Positions 33,748 to 56,028 of a stretch of 64,000 nt of DNA are shown here, one piece after another (position 1 is the first letter of the stretch; the number at the start of each line of letters is the position of its first letter). The notes beneath the pieces were generated by a model that worked only from the letters and a program-made list of their open reading frames with translations, was not told the DNA's origin and searched no databases. A program made the position numbers and the translations under genes. Origin of the DNA: the human T2T-CHM13v2.0 reference genome, Homo sapiens; assembly GCF_009914755.1 (NCBI RefSeq), contig NC_060941.1; one strand, 5' to 3'.

Positions 33748-35626
33748 GTAATAAGAGGTTCTAAAATTTCTTGAATACATTTCCTGGTTATGTGCTTTTT
33801 AGGAATTGTTTCAGCAGTTAGTGCCTCTTCATCTACTCCTAATGGCTTATGGTATCAACTGATAATACATGGTATGGCAAATGCTGCGGGCTGTGAGGAA
33901 GCAAAAGTAGGTAGTTTAATCCATAAATATCTTTGGTTGTATTGGTAAGATAGGGAAAATATAATATGTAGCTTATACTAGTTCAAATGTATTTTTTGGA
34001 AAAATGTCTGCATATTACATCCCATGGATAAATTAGTAAGTGCTGGAGTCACTGATATCACTGGAATTTAGTCTTTGGTATCTTAGTATTAAGGCTTATA
34101 CTACCCTTCACTCCTTCATGACACTGACCTCTCCCGTATCTTGGGTTTCTCCTTTATACTTATGGAATAATTTCACATAGTTTTCCTTTTACCTTAACTC
34201 TGGTTGTCATATTGTGTATCTTAGTGTCCAAATGGGTGACTCATACTTCTGGAGCTTCACACGTTCAAAACCAATAATTTTACCTTGATTCTCCTGACCA
34301 ACACTGATGGCCACAAATTACACATTGTCATTATGTGAAAATCTCAGACGTCAACGTCTTATTCTTCACTCACAATCTCTTATACTTCCAGCTCTTTTTA
34401 TTTAGAATTTTATTTCCTTGACCTCTCCATTTGGTGCCACTATGATTGTATGATTTCCAACCTCAGCTGCCCTTAGCACCAGTTGGTATTCCCTTTAAGT
34501 TTTGGTGTGATCTCTCCTGTTTCCTTTGGTATCTATTCCAAACCTTCACTACTCTCCTCAAATACTCAATTATGTCACCTATCCAACTTTAAACATTTAA
34601 AAATGTTTTACTTAATTAAAATAAAATTAAAACTTGCTAGTCTGAAATCTATGAAACTGAATCTTTTCTCCCCTATTTCTTTTGAAAAAAATTTTATTGT
34701 GGTAAAAATATTTAACATGAGATCTACCCTCTTAACAGATTTTAAAAATGTAAGTTATTCTTATCTATAGGCACAATATTGTACAGTATTTCTATAGAAC
34801 TTATTCATCTTGTGTAACTGAAATTTTATACTCACTGATTAGCAACTCACTATTTCCTCATACCCCCTGCTCCAGGCAACTACAATTCTATTCTTTGTTC
34901 CATAAGTTTGACTATTTTAGATGCTTTATATAATTGGAATTCTGTAGTATTTGTCCTTCTGTAACTGGCTTATTTCACTTAGCATAATGTCCTTCATATT
35001 CATTCATGTTATTACATATTACAGGATTTTCTTCTTTTTAAAGGCTGATTGATATTCTGTCATATGTATATAACGTACTTTACCCCCCCCCCCCCATTTA
35101 TCTGACATTTAGGTTGTTTCCACAGATATTTAGATTGTTTTCCATAGGTTGGCTATTGTGAATAGTACTGCAGTGAACAGGGGAGTACTACTGTCTCTTC
35201 AAAATCCTGGTTTTAATTCTTTTGGATAAATACCCAGAAGTGGGATTACTGGATCATGTGGCTTTGCTTTTTCATAGAGAGTTAGTAAGGGCTGTTGGGA
35301 AGCTTCCTAAACTCCTTGATATTCTTACCTACAAACAACATTCATATCCTTTCATCTTGTCTCATTGGAAAAGGTGCCCTTTCACCAGACTAATCCTTTC
35401 ATTTCTTGATTTTCTTCTGCTTTCTCAAGGCCTATGCTTTGCTAATTTTATACTCAATATTTTTTCAGAGAAGCCTTTTGAAGGAGTTGTTTTCATTAGT
35501 TGCTGAATTTTCTCACTTCCCATTTCATGGAAATCTGGCTTCCACCTCCAAAATTCTACTAAAACTTATTTTATTAAAGCCATTATTATCAACTCTTTAG
35601 TCATTATTTTGTATTTATCACTGTTA

Positions 35627-35945
<319 letters not shown>

Positions 35946-36458
35946 ATAGCACTATCATCAATTGCCTCTTTTCTGAAAATAAAGTGTAGTATCCACTGAA
36001 CCAAAAAATTCAGTTCAATAGACATTTTTTTGAGAATTTCTTAATTAGGCACTAGAAACAGAAGAATGAAAAAATCTTGCTCCATAGAAGCTGACAGTTT
36101 AGTGAGGGATATTGACATGCAAGCAATCATAATACCAAGGGCTTTCACTGAGATACATAGTAAGTGCTATGGGAACACAGAGGAAAAATTTACCATTCCT
36201 AGGGCAAGTTGTGGAAGCCTTTGCCTATGTGCCCTTGTGTGACTTGTCTGACAGTTTCTGAAAGTTCTTTAGGAAACAGGTTGAAAGATTTGAATATTAA
36301 AAGATTGAAGAGGGTGGGGTAAAAAAGAAACAAGTTTGAAAGGCTGAAAACACAGATTGGCTCCCTTTTTAGTGATTATTATTTTTTTGAGAGTGGGGGA
36401 AATAAGGATAATTATTCTTTTTGATTAATTAACTAAATGTTTTGTTATGTGTGTGCAG

Positions 36459-36602
36459 CACTTCATAAAGCCTGTAAAATTTTTAGTAAAATTCGAAGTG
36501 GTAAGATTTATGTGAATGATCTTCCAGTGATCCTTTGCATCTTGAGAATTTCTATAAGTGATTTAGAAATGCGACAGGCACTAAAGACTGTTGATATTGA
36601 TG
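36459..36602 (+). CDS. EFCAB13: EFCAB13 coding exon, ALHKACKIFS...ALKTVDID, 144 nt (EF-hand region)
   Basis: gtgtgcag acceptor, ATG|GTAAGT donor, phase 1 to 1; calmodulin-like helix-loop-helix pattern. Confidence 0.92.
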
Positions 36603-38358
36603 GTAAGTTTTATCTTTTCAGTATTAGTTTAAGGGTCTGCAATCATAAATATGTTTGTCAGATTAATTACAAATGATAGGAAAGCTAAACCTTAAAATAT
36701 ATTGTAAAAACATCATTTTTGGTCATATTGTATGTTACAAAACATTTTTACATGTTACAAGAACATTACTTACAATAATGATATTGAAAATTGGCCTCAG
36801 GTTTATGTAATTGGATTGATTAATTACTAGACTGGATTATGGCATATTCTCATTATTGTTCCACGCATGGTCTAATCTTATTTAGTTATGTAATTTAAAT
36901 AATGTAATAAATACTTGACCCAACCACCCAAAATAAAAAGTAGGACCTTGTCAATAATTTACATCCAACTGTAAACTTTCCTAAGCAACCTATTATTCTG
37001 TTTTCCCCAACCTGAGGTAAGAATTACCTTGAATCCTATATTCATTATTCTCTTATTTTTCTGTGTAAATAGTATTATTGTTATGGATAGGTATTTTTGT
37101 AAAATAGTTCAAAAATTTTAGTTGTTTAAAAAACTTTAGTAAACAGTTTTTCATTATGTATATAATCTTTTGTTTTTTTCCCTTAATATTATATGACTAA
37201 GATTTATTCATATTGTTGTATACTGCTTTTTTTGTATGCTCTTGCTCTTGCCACCCTTGAATTGATCGCCTTTAAAAATTATGGTTGTTCTAATAGATAT
37301 ACGGTTATTATCTGATTGTGGTTTTAATTTGCATTTCCTGAATGATTAAATAATGTTGAATATCTTTTCATGTGCTTGTTTGCCATTTGTATATTTTTTG
37401 CCCATTGAAAAATTGTGTTCTTATTGTATTTTGAGATTCTTTATATATTCTGAATATAAGTCCTTTATTGGATATGTGATTCGTAGATATTTTATTCCAT
37501 TCTGTTGCTTGTCTTTTTATTCTCTTAAGAATGTTTTTAGAAAAGGAAAAATTCATACTTTTGATGAAGTCCAGTCTGCAATTTTTTCTTTCATGAATTG
37601 CTTTTGATATCTTATCTAAAAGATCTTTGCCAACCCAAAGTCACAACAATATCAGAAAACAAGTCAAAGTAGTTCATTAAAATTTGGACAGATGTTTCAC
37701 TGTTTTTGAAAGAAAGGAGAACCCACTCTCAAGTTGTTACACTGAAGAAGTGGAGACAGACAACTTGATAGACTTTTCAGTATTGGAGAAAGTGCTTCTG
37801 TGGTATGGAAGTGAGAACAACCAAGCCTTGTCATTTCCTCTGCAGACAATTGGAAGCACTGAAGTATTCCTCTATAGGCTATTTCTGCTCAGATGACATT
37901 AAATTGAAATATAGATTTATACTTGTTTTCTTCGTGACATAGATAACATCACTGATGTAAATAAACCCTGTCAAAGTTGGGCTCGTTTATTTAATGACAG
38001 GAGAAGATGAATTCATAGTTATTTAACTTGAAGAATCTTGAAGAACTACAAATATAAAAATTAGTCTTGAGCAAAGAGCACTGCAGTATCTACAGTACTA
38101 GTCCCATAGCATTCTTATTACTGCTGGAACACTATTTACTACCTAATTACAATATGTAAATTTTTTTCTGGTAAATATTCTTTTTACATTCTATATATAA
38201 TGTCGACTGCTCTGTGTATAGATAATAGTATTCTAATGTCATTAGTTAATTCTATTTACATTTTTAGTTGCCACTTTTATCTTATGTTCTTAGTGAGTTT
38301 GCTAATAATGTTTGCTGATGGAGTTTTTTTCACTTCTGTTTTGGAACCATTTTTATAG

Positions 38359-38755
<397 letters not shown>

Positions 38756-39562
38756 GTAAAAAAGACTTCTTCAAAAGTATAGAAGATAATACTTTTGTAA
38801 CTGATTTTGGGGTTGGGAGGGGTGGTATTTTATATATGAATTAATTTATATTTTACAAATCTCCCACTAGTGTGGGCTGAGAAAAATGAGGAGTGAATTT
38901 TGTCATAAAAGGCATTACAAAACCTGGATTATACTGCCCCAATATTCAAACATTCTATCTCTGATCTCTAGTTTTCCTGCACATTAACTGCTAGACTAAT
39001 TCTCTTAAAATACTATTTTCACCATGTCATTTTCCTGCTCAAGAATTTAGATGCTCTTCCTATTATCAAATGAATCTATAGAGGCCAAACTCTCATGCTT
39101 AGCCTCCTCACCCCTTCATAATTTTGTTCACCACTCTTACCTTTATCACAGAACCTTTCCCAGGCAAGAACCACATACTCGTTAGTCATAAATCTCCATA
39201 CATGCCAATATAATTATTACTCCCACGCCTTTGTTTGTGTGTGTGTGTGTGTTTTTTTTTCTGTTGAAATCTCTCATCTGTTTTCTTCTTCATCCTTAAC
39301 AGTACTTTCTTCCTTTTGCCAGGAGTCTTGTTTGTATCTCTTCCTAAAAATTTCAGATACTTATGGGTCTCCTAGTAACCTTTAGTTTACATTACCTATA
39401 CATTATAAATAAAGTGGTTGGAAAGGGTATTCGTATTAATGGTAGAAACAGTACCTCCAAAAACATGAAATCTGTGGTGTTCATGACCTGATGTTAGCAA
39501 TTCTTCTCTTCCTCCATTAGGCGATATCAAGTTCTTATGCTCGGTCCTTGGAATTATATAAT

Positions 39563-42162
<2,600 letters not shown>

Positions 42163-42515
42163 TGATGTCGAACTCCTGACCTCAAGTGATCCGCCTGCCT
42201 TGGTCTCCCAAAGTGTTGGAATTACAGGTGTGAGCCACTGCACCCAGCCCAGATTTTATTTTGTTAGAATCAAGGATATGTGAATGTGATAGTCTTTATA
42301 GAACTGGATTAGCAAGTAAAGGGCAATAAAAACTCTTCAATACTTATTTACTCATTTATGTAATAAACATTAATATGCCTATATATGCAGCAGTGAACAA
42401 TATAGATATGATGCTTGGCTTGCTTTTTCTTTTTGGCATTTTGATAGACTCCATGGCATTAGGATTTTCCTGGTTCTCTTTTATCTACTTGGTTTTTGAC
42501 TTACATTTTTTTTCT

Positions 42516-45969
<3,454 letters not shown>

Positions 45970-46098
45970 TAACTGACTACTTTTTAAATCACAACTTAGA
46001 ATAGCTTATTTACTTTCCTGTATTTCTTGATTTTTCAAGTCCTGGTTTCCTATTTTGACGTTTTGATAATTCATTTTGCCTTGACAAAGCATAAATTA

Positions 46099-46408
<310 letters not shown>

Positions 46409-47704
46409 TAGGAGTCCAAACACACATATAAATCTATAGTCAGAAAAAAATGTAAGTTGAGTTCCAGACAGTAGGGAAAAATGATGGATAGGAGGCAGGA
46501 CTAACTTGCAACTTTCACTCGGACAGACAGAGCAGCGTGTAGAGACCACTTTTTGAATCACAACTTAGAATAGCTTATTTACTTCCCTATATTCCTTGAT
46601 TTTTCAAGTCCTGGTTTCCTATTTTGACCTTATTTTCTGTTTGTGGACAGTGTTCTGAGACTAATCAAGAACTCTCAGGTTTCTTTTGTTCCTTTTAAAA
46701 GAACACACATAATTCTTGAATATATTGTTGTAATAAAATATCCAAGCAATATATGTGTATAAAGATGTGAAAGACCTTCTTTAACCCAAGATTGCTGCAG
46801 TTTAATACTGACCTGAGAATTCTTTTTATATGCACATACATACATATAATTTATGTTTTGTCAAGGCAAAATGAGTTATCAATTACTAGGCAGAGTGGAA
46901 GCAAAGGACCTAGGTCTCATAGAAACTAGTAAAAAGATCAAGCATACAGTTAGAAATCAAGAGACTCCCTAGAGAAAAATAAAAGGGAAAAATGCAAATA
47001 TCTTTTTCTTAAGAGAAAAAGAAATTTTGCCACCTTGTTTTGCAGGAACTATCTTGTTTAATTATATTTCTCAATTATGAAATTAGTAATCTTTTAATAT
47101 AATTACTGGTCATTTATATATTTTTTCTATGAATTGCCTTTTCACATATACTTTTCATTTAAAAAACTGGGTTGTTCATCTCATTGATTTGTAGGAGTTT
47201 TCATATTCTGGCTATTAATCCTTTGTTATGTATGTTACAAATGTTTTCTTCTAGTCTGTTGTTTCTCTTTTAATTTTGAACTGGTGTCTTTGGTTTTTGG
47301 AATGGGACTGTTACATTTTATCACAAAATTTATTATTTTTTCTTTATGTCTTCTGAGTTTTGAGTTGTGCTTAAAGAGGCCTTTCTCACCTCAATAGTAC
47401 ACACATACATTTTCATCATGATTGTGGAGTACTGGTTTTCAATGCTCCAGGGAACCTGGAGATGGGTAGATGGGAATAGGGCAAGTTTAAATGCCACAAA
47501 CCTCACTGTTCTTATTGAGACTCAGTCATTTTTCTTGAAGAAATTCCTCGGATAGCTGCAAGCCTTTGGCTTATTTTCAGAGTTTTGAAACAAGTTGGTT
47601 CTGATAATTTTTGCCAGAGTTCTCATTGCTTTTATGGAGCAGAGGGTTTCTGGAGGTCCCTTCCTCTGCTATTTTTGTTCACTTGATCAATAATGACTAG
47701 TTGA

Positions 47705-48000
<296 letters not shown>

Positions 48001-48268
48001 TAATTAATTAAAAAAAAGACTAATCGAATGAACAAATAATGCCCAGTTTTTCCTCCTTGACTGTGCTTATCAAAGAACTTAGTAATCATTAGTTTATTAT
48101 ATGATGAATTTCAAGAAAATCTAGTCTGACTATAAATGATTTTCCGTCTGAAATTGATAATGGGAATTGTGTTTTTTTTTTTTTTTGTCAAGGCTAATTA
48201 AGGGGTGTAGTGGTCAGGGAGGATATAAATTTAGCAGTTGGACACGGCTTTCAATCTGTTTAATTTTT

Positions 48269-49524
<1,256 letters not shown>

Positions 49525-50031
49525 TTAATTTTTAAGGAAGTTTTTTTTGTGGAAAATTATAATTTATCTGAATATTTTCTTTTTAAAATTAAAAATATAC
49601 TGAGCTCTCTGATGTGACTCTAAATATTTTAGAAAATGATAAAGTGATTTAGTGTTTAATTTATTTTAGTTAAATTGTTTTAAAATTATAGACTCTGACA
49701 TTCAAAAGTAGATGTCTTGGGGACCCCCAGATTTGGTTCGCTAGTCAGGGCCATGCTGAATATTTCCTTCTGACTAGGTTCTTTTCAATTCATTTTATGT
49801 GCTAAGGATTGTTAACATAAGAATATGAAATTCCTATGGAGAAATAAAAGACCAATGTTTTAACCACTATTATAAAGTTATTTTATATCAGTGGTTTGCT
49901 TGTAGATAAATATTTATAAAACCCTGTGCTTATACAAAGTTATTTTCCCTTAGTAGGCTATTGACACAAAATCAACTGCTTTTCCAAGAAAAGCTGTTGA
50001 TTCTCATGGTATAATAATTTCTTTTTTGCAG

Positions 50032-50175
50032 CATTCCAGGATGCCTTGAAGATTTTCTGTAGGATAAAAGGTGGTCGAGTTTCAACTGATGACGTGTTTG
50101 CTGTTTTGGATAGCATGGGTATCCCTATAAACCGTGAAATTTTAGAAGAAGTGACAAAACATACCTATATTGACA
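50032..50175 (+). CDS. EFCAB13: EFCAB13 coding exon, AFQDALKIFC...KHTYID(S), 144 nt, with a weak donor
   Basis: cttttttgcag acceptor, open frame, phase 1 to 1, paralogous to exon 36459-36602; donor ACA|GTTATT. Confidence 0.88.
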
Positions 50176-50715
50176 GTTATTTGCATTGAGATATATATGT
50201 CCATATATATGTGCATATATTTATACATTTTTTTCTGGATATCAATTTTGTGATCTGTCCTTTGCTTCTCCTTTTTTCTCTTGATTCTTACCTTTTGCCA
50301 TTGACACTGTTTACTGGTGTCTATAGTAAGAAATAGTCTAGAAAAATTAAATGAGAGGTTTCTAAAATTGTTATAGTTTGGTATGTTTGGTTAAAGAATA
50401 AAATGAATTTTAAAAAATTCAGCCTTACATCTCTTTTCCAAGTCATTTCTGGTCTTTGTGGAGAAGTAGTTTCTTGTAGTATCAAGAGCATTGACTCCAC
50501 AAGTTAGAAGACCTAAATTTCTTGAATTCTCAATTTTATTATGTAGCTTTGATTAAACAATTTTGCTATGCCCTTCAGTTGCTCTCTGCACAATGTGGAT
50601 TGCTTTAAACATGATAAAAATATTTAGCAGGTGTTTTGTATTACATGTTTACTTGTAACCAGAGGATGTCCTATCATAATTAGTGATTAATTGATTGATT
50701 CATTTGTTTTATTAT

Positions 50716-51721
50716 TGTGGGCGGCAAGCCAACCAGGTGCCGAGGCAAGAGACTGAGGGCACGAGCTGTTCCAGTATAATAAAATATGTAAAATAAGTAT
50801 AGTTATACTAGATATAGATCTTTGATATGATTATATATGAATATAATTAATCATTAGTTTGTAGCAATTACTCTTTATTTCAATATTATAATAATCCTCG
50901 CTCTACAATCATAACCTAGGAAAAATCAGGCCATACAGAGATAGGAGCTGAGGGGACATAGTGAGAAATGACCAGAAGACAGGAGTGTGAGCCTTCTGTT
51001 ATGCCTGGACAGGGCCACCAGAGGGCTCCTTGGTCTACCGGTAATGCCAGCGTCTGGGAAGATGTCTGTTGCCAAGCAGACCGTGGTCTAGCGGTAGCGT
51101 CAGTGTCAAGGAAAAACACCCGCTACTTAGCAGACTGGGAAAGGCAGTCTCCCTTTCCCCGGGGGAGTTTAGAGAAGACTCTACTCCTCCACCTCTTGTG
51201 GAGGGCCTGACGGAGGGCCTGACTGATGTCAGGCCTGCCCGCAGTTATCCGGAGGCCTAACCGTCTCCCTGTGGTGTTGTGCTTCAGTGGTCACACTCCT
51301 AGTCTGCCTTCATGTTCCATCCTGTACACCTGGCTCTGCCTTTTAGATAGCAGTAGCAAATTAGTGAAAGTACTAAAAGCAGAAATAATGGCGTAAGCTG
51401 TCTGTCTGTCTGTCTGTCTCTCTCTGCCTTGGCTGCCAGGCAGGGAAGGGCCCCCTGTCCAGTGGACACGTAACCCATGTGACCTTACCTATCAATGGAG
51501 ATGGCTCACACTCCTTACCCTGCCCCTTTGTTTTGTATCCAATAAATATCAGTGCAACCTGGCATTCGGGGCCACTACCAGTCTCCGCATCTTGGTGGTA
51601 GTGGTACCCCGGGCCCAGCTGTCTTTTCTTTTATCTCTTTGTCTTGTGTCTTTATTTCTACACTCTCTTGTCTCCGCACACGGGGAGAAAACCCACTGAC
51701 CCTGTGGGGCTGGACCCTACA
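50716..51721 (+). mobile_element. LTR13 solo LTR (1006 bp)
   Basis: TG...CA termini (tgtgggcggcaagcc...ggggctggaccctaca), attat TSD, AATAAA at 51541. Confidence 0.85.
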
Positions 51722-52016
51722 ATTATTTTATTATTTTTAGAGACAGTGTCTCACTCTGTTGCCCAGGCTGTAGTGCGGTGTTGTGATCATAGCTTGCTGT
51801 AATATTGACCTCCTAGGCTCAATAATCCTCCCACCTCATCTTCCTGAATAGCTAGGACTATAGGTGTGCACCATCATGCCAGGCTAATTTTTATTTTGTA
51901 GAGATGAGGTCTTGCTATGTTTCCTAGGCTGGTCTCAAACTTCTGGAAGCAAGTGATCCTCCTGCCTCAGCCTGCTGAGTAGCTGGAATTACAGGCATGA
52001 GCCACTGGGCCCAGCC
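51722..52016 (-). mobile_element. AluJ whose tail hosts the LTR13
   Basis: TSD tgattcatt at 50696-50704 and 52017-52025 brackets both the LTR and the Alu. Confidence 0.85.
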
Positions 52017-55000
52017 TGATTCATTCACTTAATGAATCAGATAGTCAGTCATTTAATATCTACTATGCCTGGAACTGTGCTAGGTGATGCAAAGATGAAT
52101 AAAACACACTTCTTTTTTTTTTTTTTTTGAGGGAGCTCACGTTCAAGTGTGGAAAGAGTCAAGTAAACCGAAAATTAAAATGCTCCATGGCAAATACTAT
52201 AATAGAGTGTACATAGGCTGCTAATACATACTGGAAGCCTTAGGGAAAGATTATCAGAGGGGCTGATGTCTGAGCTAAATCTTGAAGGATCAGTATGAAT
52301 TAAGTAGTTGAAGGTGGTAGCAAAGAGTGAGAAAAACATCTTAAGCCAAAGGAACAGTTTGTGTAAATATGGCAGAAAAATAATCAGACATGACATCTTT
52401 TTGAGTGGGCTTCCACTAGTTTTTGTCATTTATTAATGGTGGTTTTGTAGTGGGCTTTTGGTTGCTGATATGTGGTCTGGAGATAGAATCAGGCCACATG
52501 GAGTTCTCTTAGGAAGTCAGGTATGGTGTGCTCTGGGGTGAGGCATGAGTGGAAGGATATGATGGGGTATGAAAATGTAAAATGGGGATTTTAAAGACTA
52601 TTCTTAAGCCTTTAGGGCATGCCCTACCAGGAACAACAGAAATCATATATGAAACAGCTGCAGTACCTTGCTTTTTGGCTTATGGAGTTCTGGCCTGGGT
52701 CTCCAGGTCTCCTGCTTTATTTGGGGAGGTATATTGGACAAATGATACTAATTTTATAGAATTGTTATAGGAATTAAATATAAACATTTATCACAGTGCT
52801 TGGCACCTAGAACAGACAGAAGGGTGAGGCAGAAACCTGAGAGTCATCCTTGGCAACTCTACTTCTCTATTCCTCATGCAATAGTTCCCTTATTTAAAGT
52901 CTTAGATACATCTTTTTAAAAACTTTTCTCCTTTTTTCTATATATAAGATAGATATCTCTTAAGTCTTTCTATTTCTCTCTCTTTTTTTAACTCCACTCT
53001 GTCGCCAGACTGTAGTGCAGTGGTGTGATCTCGGCTCACTGCAACCTCCGACTCCCTGGTTCAAGTGGTTCTCCTGCCTCAGCCTCCGAGTAGCTGGGAT
53101 TACAGGCACGTGCCACCAAGCCCAGCTAATTTTTGTATTTTTAGTAGAGACAGGGTTTCACCATGTTGGCCAGGATGGTCTCGATCTCCTGACCTTCTGA
53201 TCCACCTGCCTTGGCCTCCCAAAGTGCTGGGATTACAGACGTGATCTATTTCTCTTTATCTCCCTATCTTAGTCCAAGTTCACATAACCTTTCCTCAGGA
53301 CCATTGCAGTTCATCCTAACAAGTATACCCCTATCCACTCTTATGTTCCTTTATACTGCAGCCATAATGATCTTCATTCAAATACGGGTCTGATCATGTT
53401 ATTCTCCTCATATAAAATCTAATAATACCTCTTGGGATAAATAACTCTTTTAGTGTGGTTTACAGGGCCTTGTGGGTTCTGGCTTTTGCCCAGATCTTCA
53501 GCTTTATCTGAGACCATATTCTTCCTTGCTCTCTGTGCCTTCTTAGAGTTTCAACTATATACCATGCCCCTTCTTGCCAAATAGCTGTTGCATGTGTTCA
53601 TTTCTCTTCCTTGAACCTTTTTCTCCCCTTAGGTAATTCCTACTTATACTTTAGATCCAAACTCAACTGTCTTTTCCTCAGGGATGTTTTCCCAGACCTC
53701 TCTGAGTAGGTCAGATTCTCATGTTATACACTCTTATAGCACTATTCGCAATTGAAATTTGTATTTTTGTTTGATTGACATTGATATTTCAAATAAGACT
53801 GAGCATCAGGTGAGCAGATATCATGTCTGCTTTAGCTTAATATTGTATCTTCAGTACCTAGCGTGGTGCTTATAGCACATATTAACCGCTCAACAAATAT
53901 TTGTTGAATGAATGAATAATTCTGATTCCTCATGCCACATCTTCCAATCAGAAAGAACAAAATGTTCTTCATTTTATCATATGAATAAGCTGGCTGTAGT
54001 TTGAGGCAAAATTCCTCATAAGGAAGGTCCTTATCTTTTGACCAGGAAAATAATCTTAATAGATATGTTAGATTATGAGAGTTAAAACATACTGAGAAAC
54101 ACCTAGATTGAGCAAAAAGATAAGATAAAGTACTGTACATAAGAAAGCAACAGGAATTTGAAATATAGTAGTGGCTCAGTAGTGGAGGAAGAAGATGGAT
54201 AGAACCTAAGAGTGAGTGAGGATAGAGTAACCATAGAACTTTAGGACTATAGTATGTAGTTGCTTGCTGTGCTTCTTAAGAACTCCCTTACTCCCATCAA
54301 TTGCAAATTACCAGTAAAAGTTGGTTATATACAATAGACTTGTATTAGTATTGTTGGTGGGGAGAGTTCAAGGATAAAGACCTATAGGTTCTATGTTCGA
54401 TCTGCTTGGGGCAGAAAGAGGATTGTACCTGTAGAAGGTAATAATGTGAGTGAGATCAAGAGTCCATGGGAATAGAGAAACAAAGCAAAAATAAAAAGAG
54501 CACAAGTGACTCAGGAATCCTCAAATTTTGGTCAAGGTATTGATTTATGTTAGTATATGCTCTGGGGTCTGAGCTATTTTAATATTAAAGGAAACATTAA
54601 CCCCAGGATGCCAAAAATTTTGGGTCACCCAGGTAGGAGATGTTAATTTTTCTGTAGCAGAATTTTGCAGTAAGGAATAATATAACACAGTCCTGCTAAA
54701 AGAAGACATAGCACTGCAGGTACTGTTCCAGCATCTTATTTTTGCATTTGGTATATTGTTGGAGATGATAGGTAGATGATATGTTCATCTTTATAGATGT
54801 TTGCAATGAGGGAGAAGGAATTAGCCCCCTGAAATTTTCAGGAAAGTCCAAGGAGGATTTGCTTTATTAAGATATGGCAAGAAGTGCCATATGGAAAATC
54901 AGCTGATGGCAGTTCTTAGAGGGTCAGGTATTTTGGTTTCTGAAATAGTGTATTGGTATAGCAGTTTTTTTTTTTTTTCTCTCATGGAGGTTAGAGATCT

Positions 55001-56028
55001 GGAAATTGAACTGGGTGGGAAGTTGTGACTAGTGCAGTTTTTGCTAGAGGAGGCTTTCAATATTGTGGAGCTACCTGAAGATTACAGAAATGTAGTGTTA
55101 ATGGTCACTTAGCACCTTCAGAGTAACGTTGCCTTGCATATATGACCTTAATAATTAGGATCATTTTTTTCCTCTCACAGTAGGTAGCTGCATTTTCCAG
55201 GATGAATTTCCTCCAGAATTATATACCTTAGAGTAGGAGGCTGTTTTGAGCTCCCTTTAGGAAATAAGTGATACCTATGACCATATTGATTGCCTTAGTT
55301 TCAACCAGGAATCATTCTTTAAGGTTTTGCTAAGTTAGATAGGGACCAAGATAGTCATTTCAGATTCTCGAACGCGTCTTTGGCCACTAGGGACTATTTA
55401 AGTAGGTAATATTTGTTTGGGAGTTTCATAATAGGTGTTTATTATTGCATAGATGCAAGGAATAAATTTGAGCAAGAGCTAATGAATCTGTGAACATGGT
55501 TGACTACCATACTCTTATTAGTTGACATTGGACTTCTGTTCAGAGAAAGGAGTTTTCTAAATGAAGAGCAGGTAAAAGCAAGATGGCCTTTTCCACTGGA
55601 TTAATACATGTATGGTCTAACAGAATACTTTTCAGTGATCAGATTCAAGAGCTTGAGGGTTGAAGCTTTGAGTTGTCTTAGGACTTAAGCCATGATCTAA
55701 GAACATGGGACATGGAATCAATCTACCACAAGTGCCAGTTACTGGGGAGGTTATGGGAAGTGTTAGAACTATAATCAAAACCAGAATGAGGATAAATACC
55801 AAGGAAATAAGAAACCAAAATGTAGGAAGCAATCTCTAATCAGAAGGCAATTTAGCACCAATTTTGTCTAGCATTTCTTTGATTGGTTCAAACACATAGT
55901 ACTTGCTTTGCAGTGATTTAAAGGCCTGCACCTGAAATACATAGTTTACCAATTTTCAGAGAATCAGAGTGAATCAGGTGGACCCAACACCAAAATGATA
56001 CTATTCTTTAATTTACATATTTGCTTCT

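Noticed and set aside
54190-55990. Unassigned intronic stretch, possibly an ancient ERV or L1 remnant
   Set aside because: I could not match it to a family or find exon-like signals in phase; it needs RepeatMasker or conservation data.
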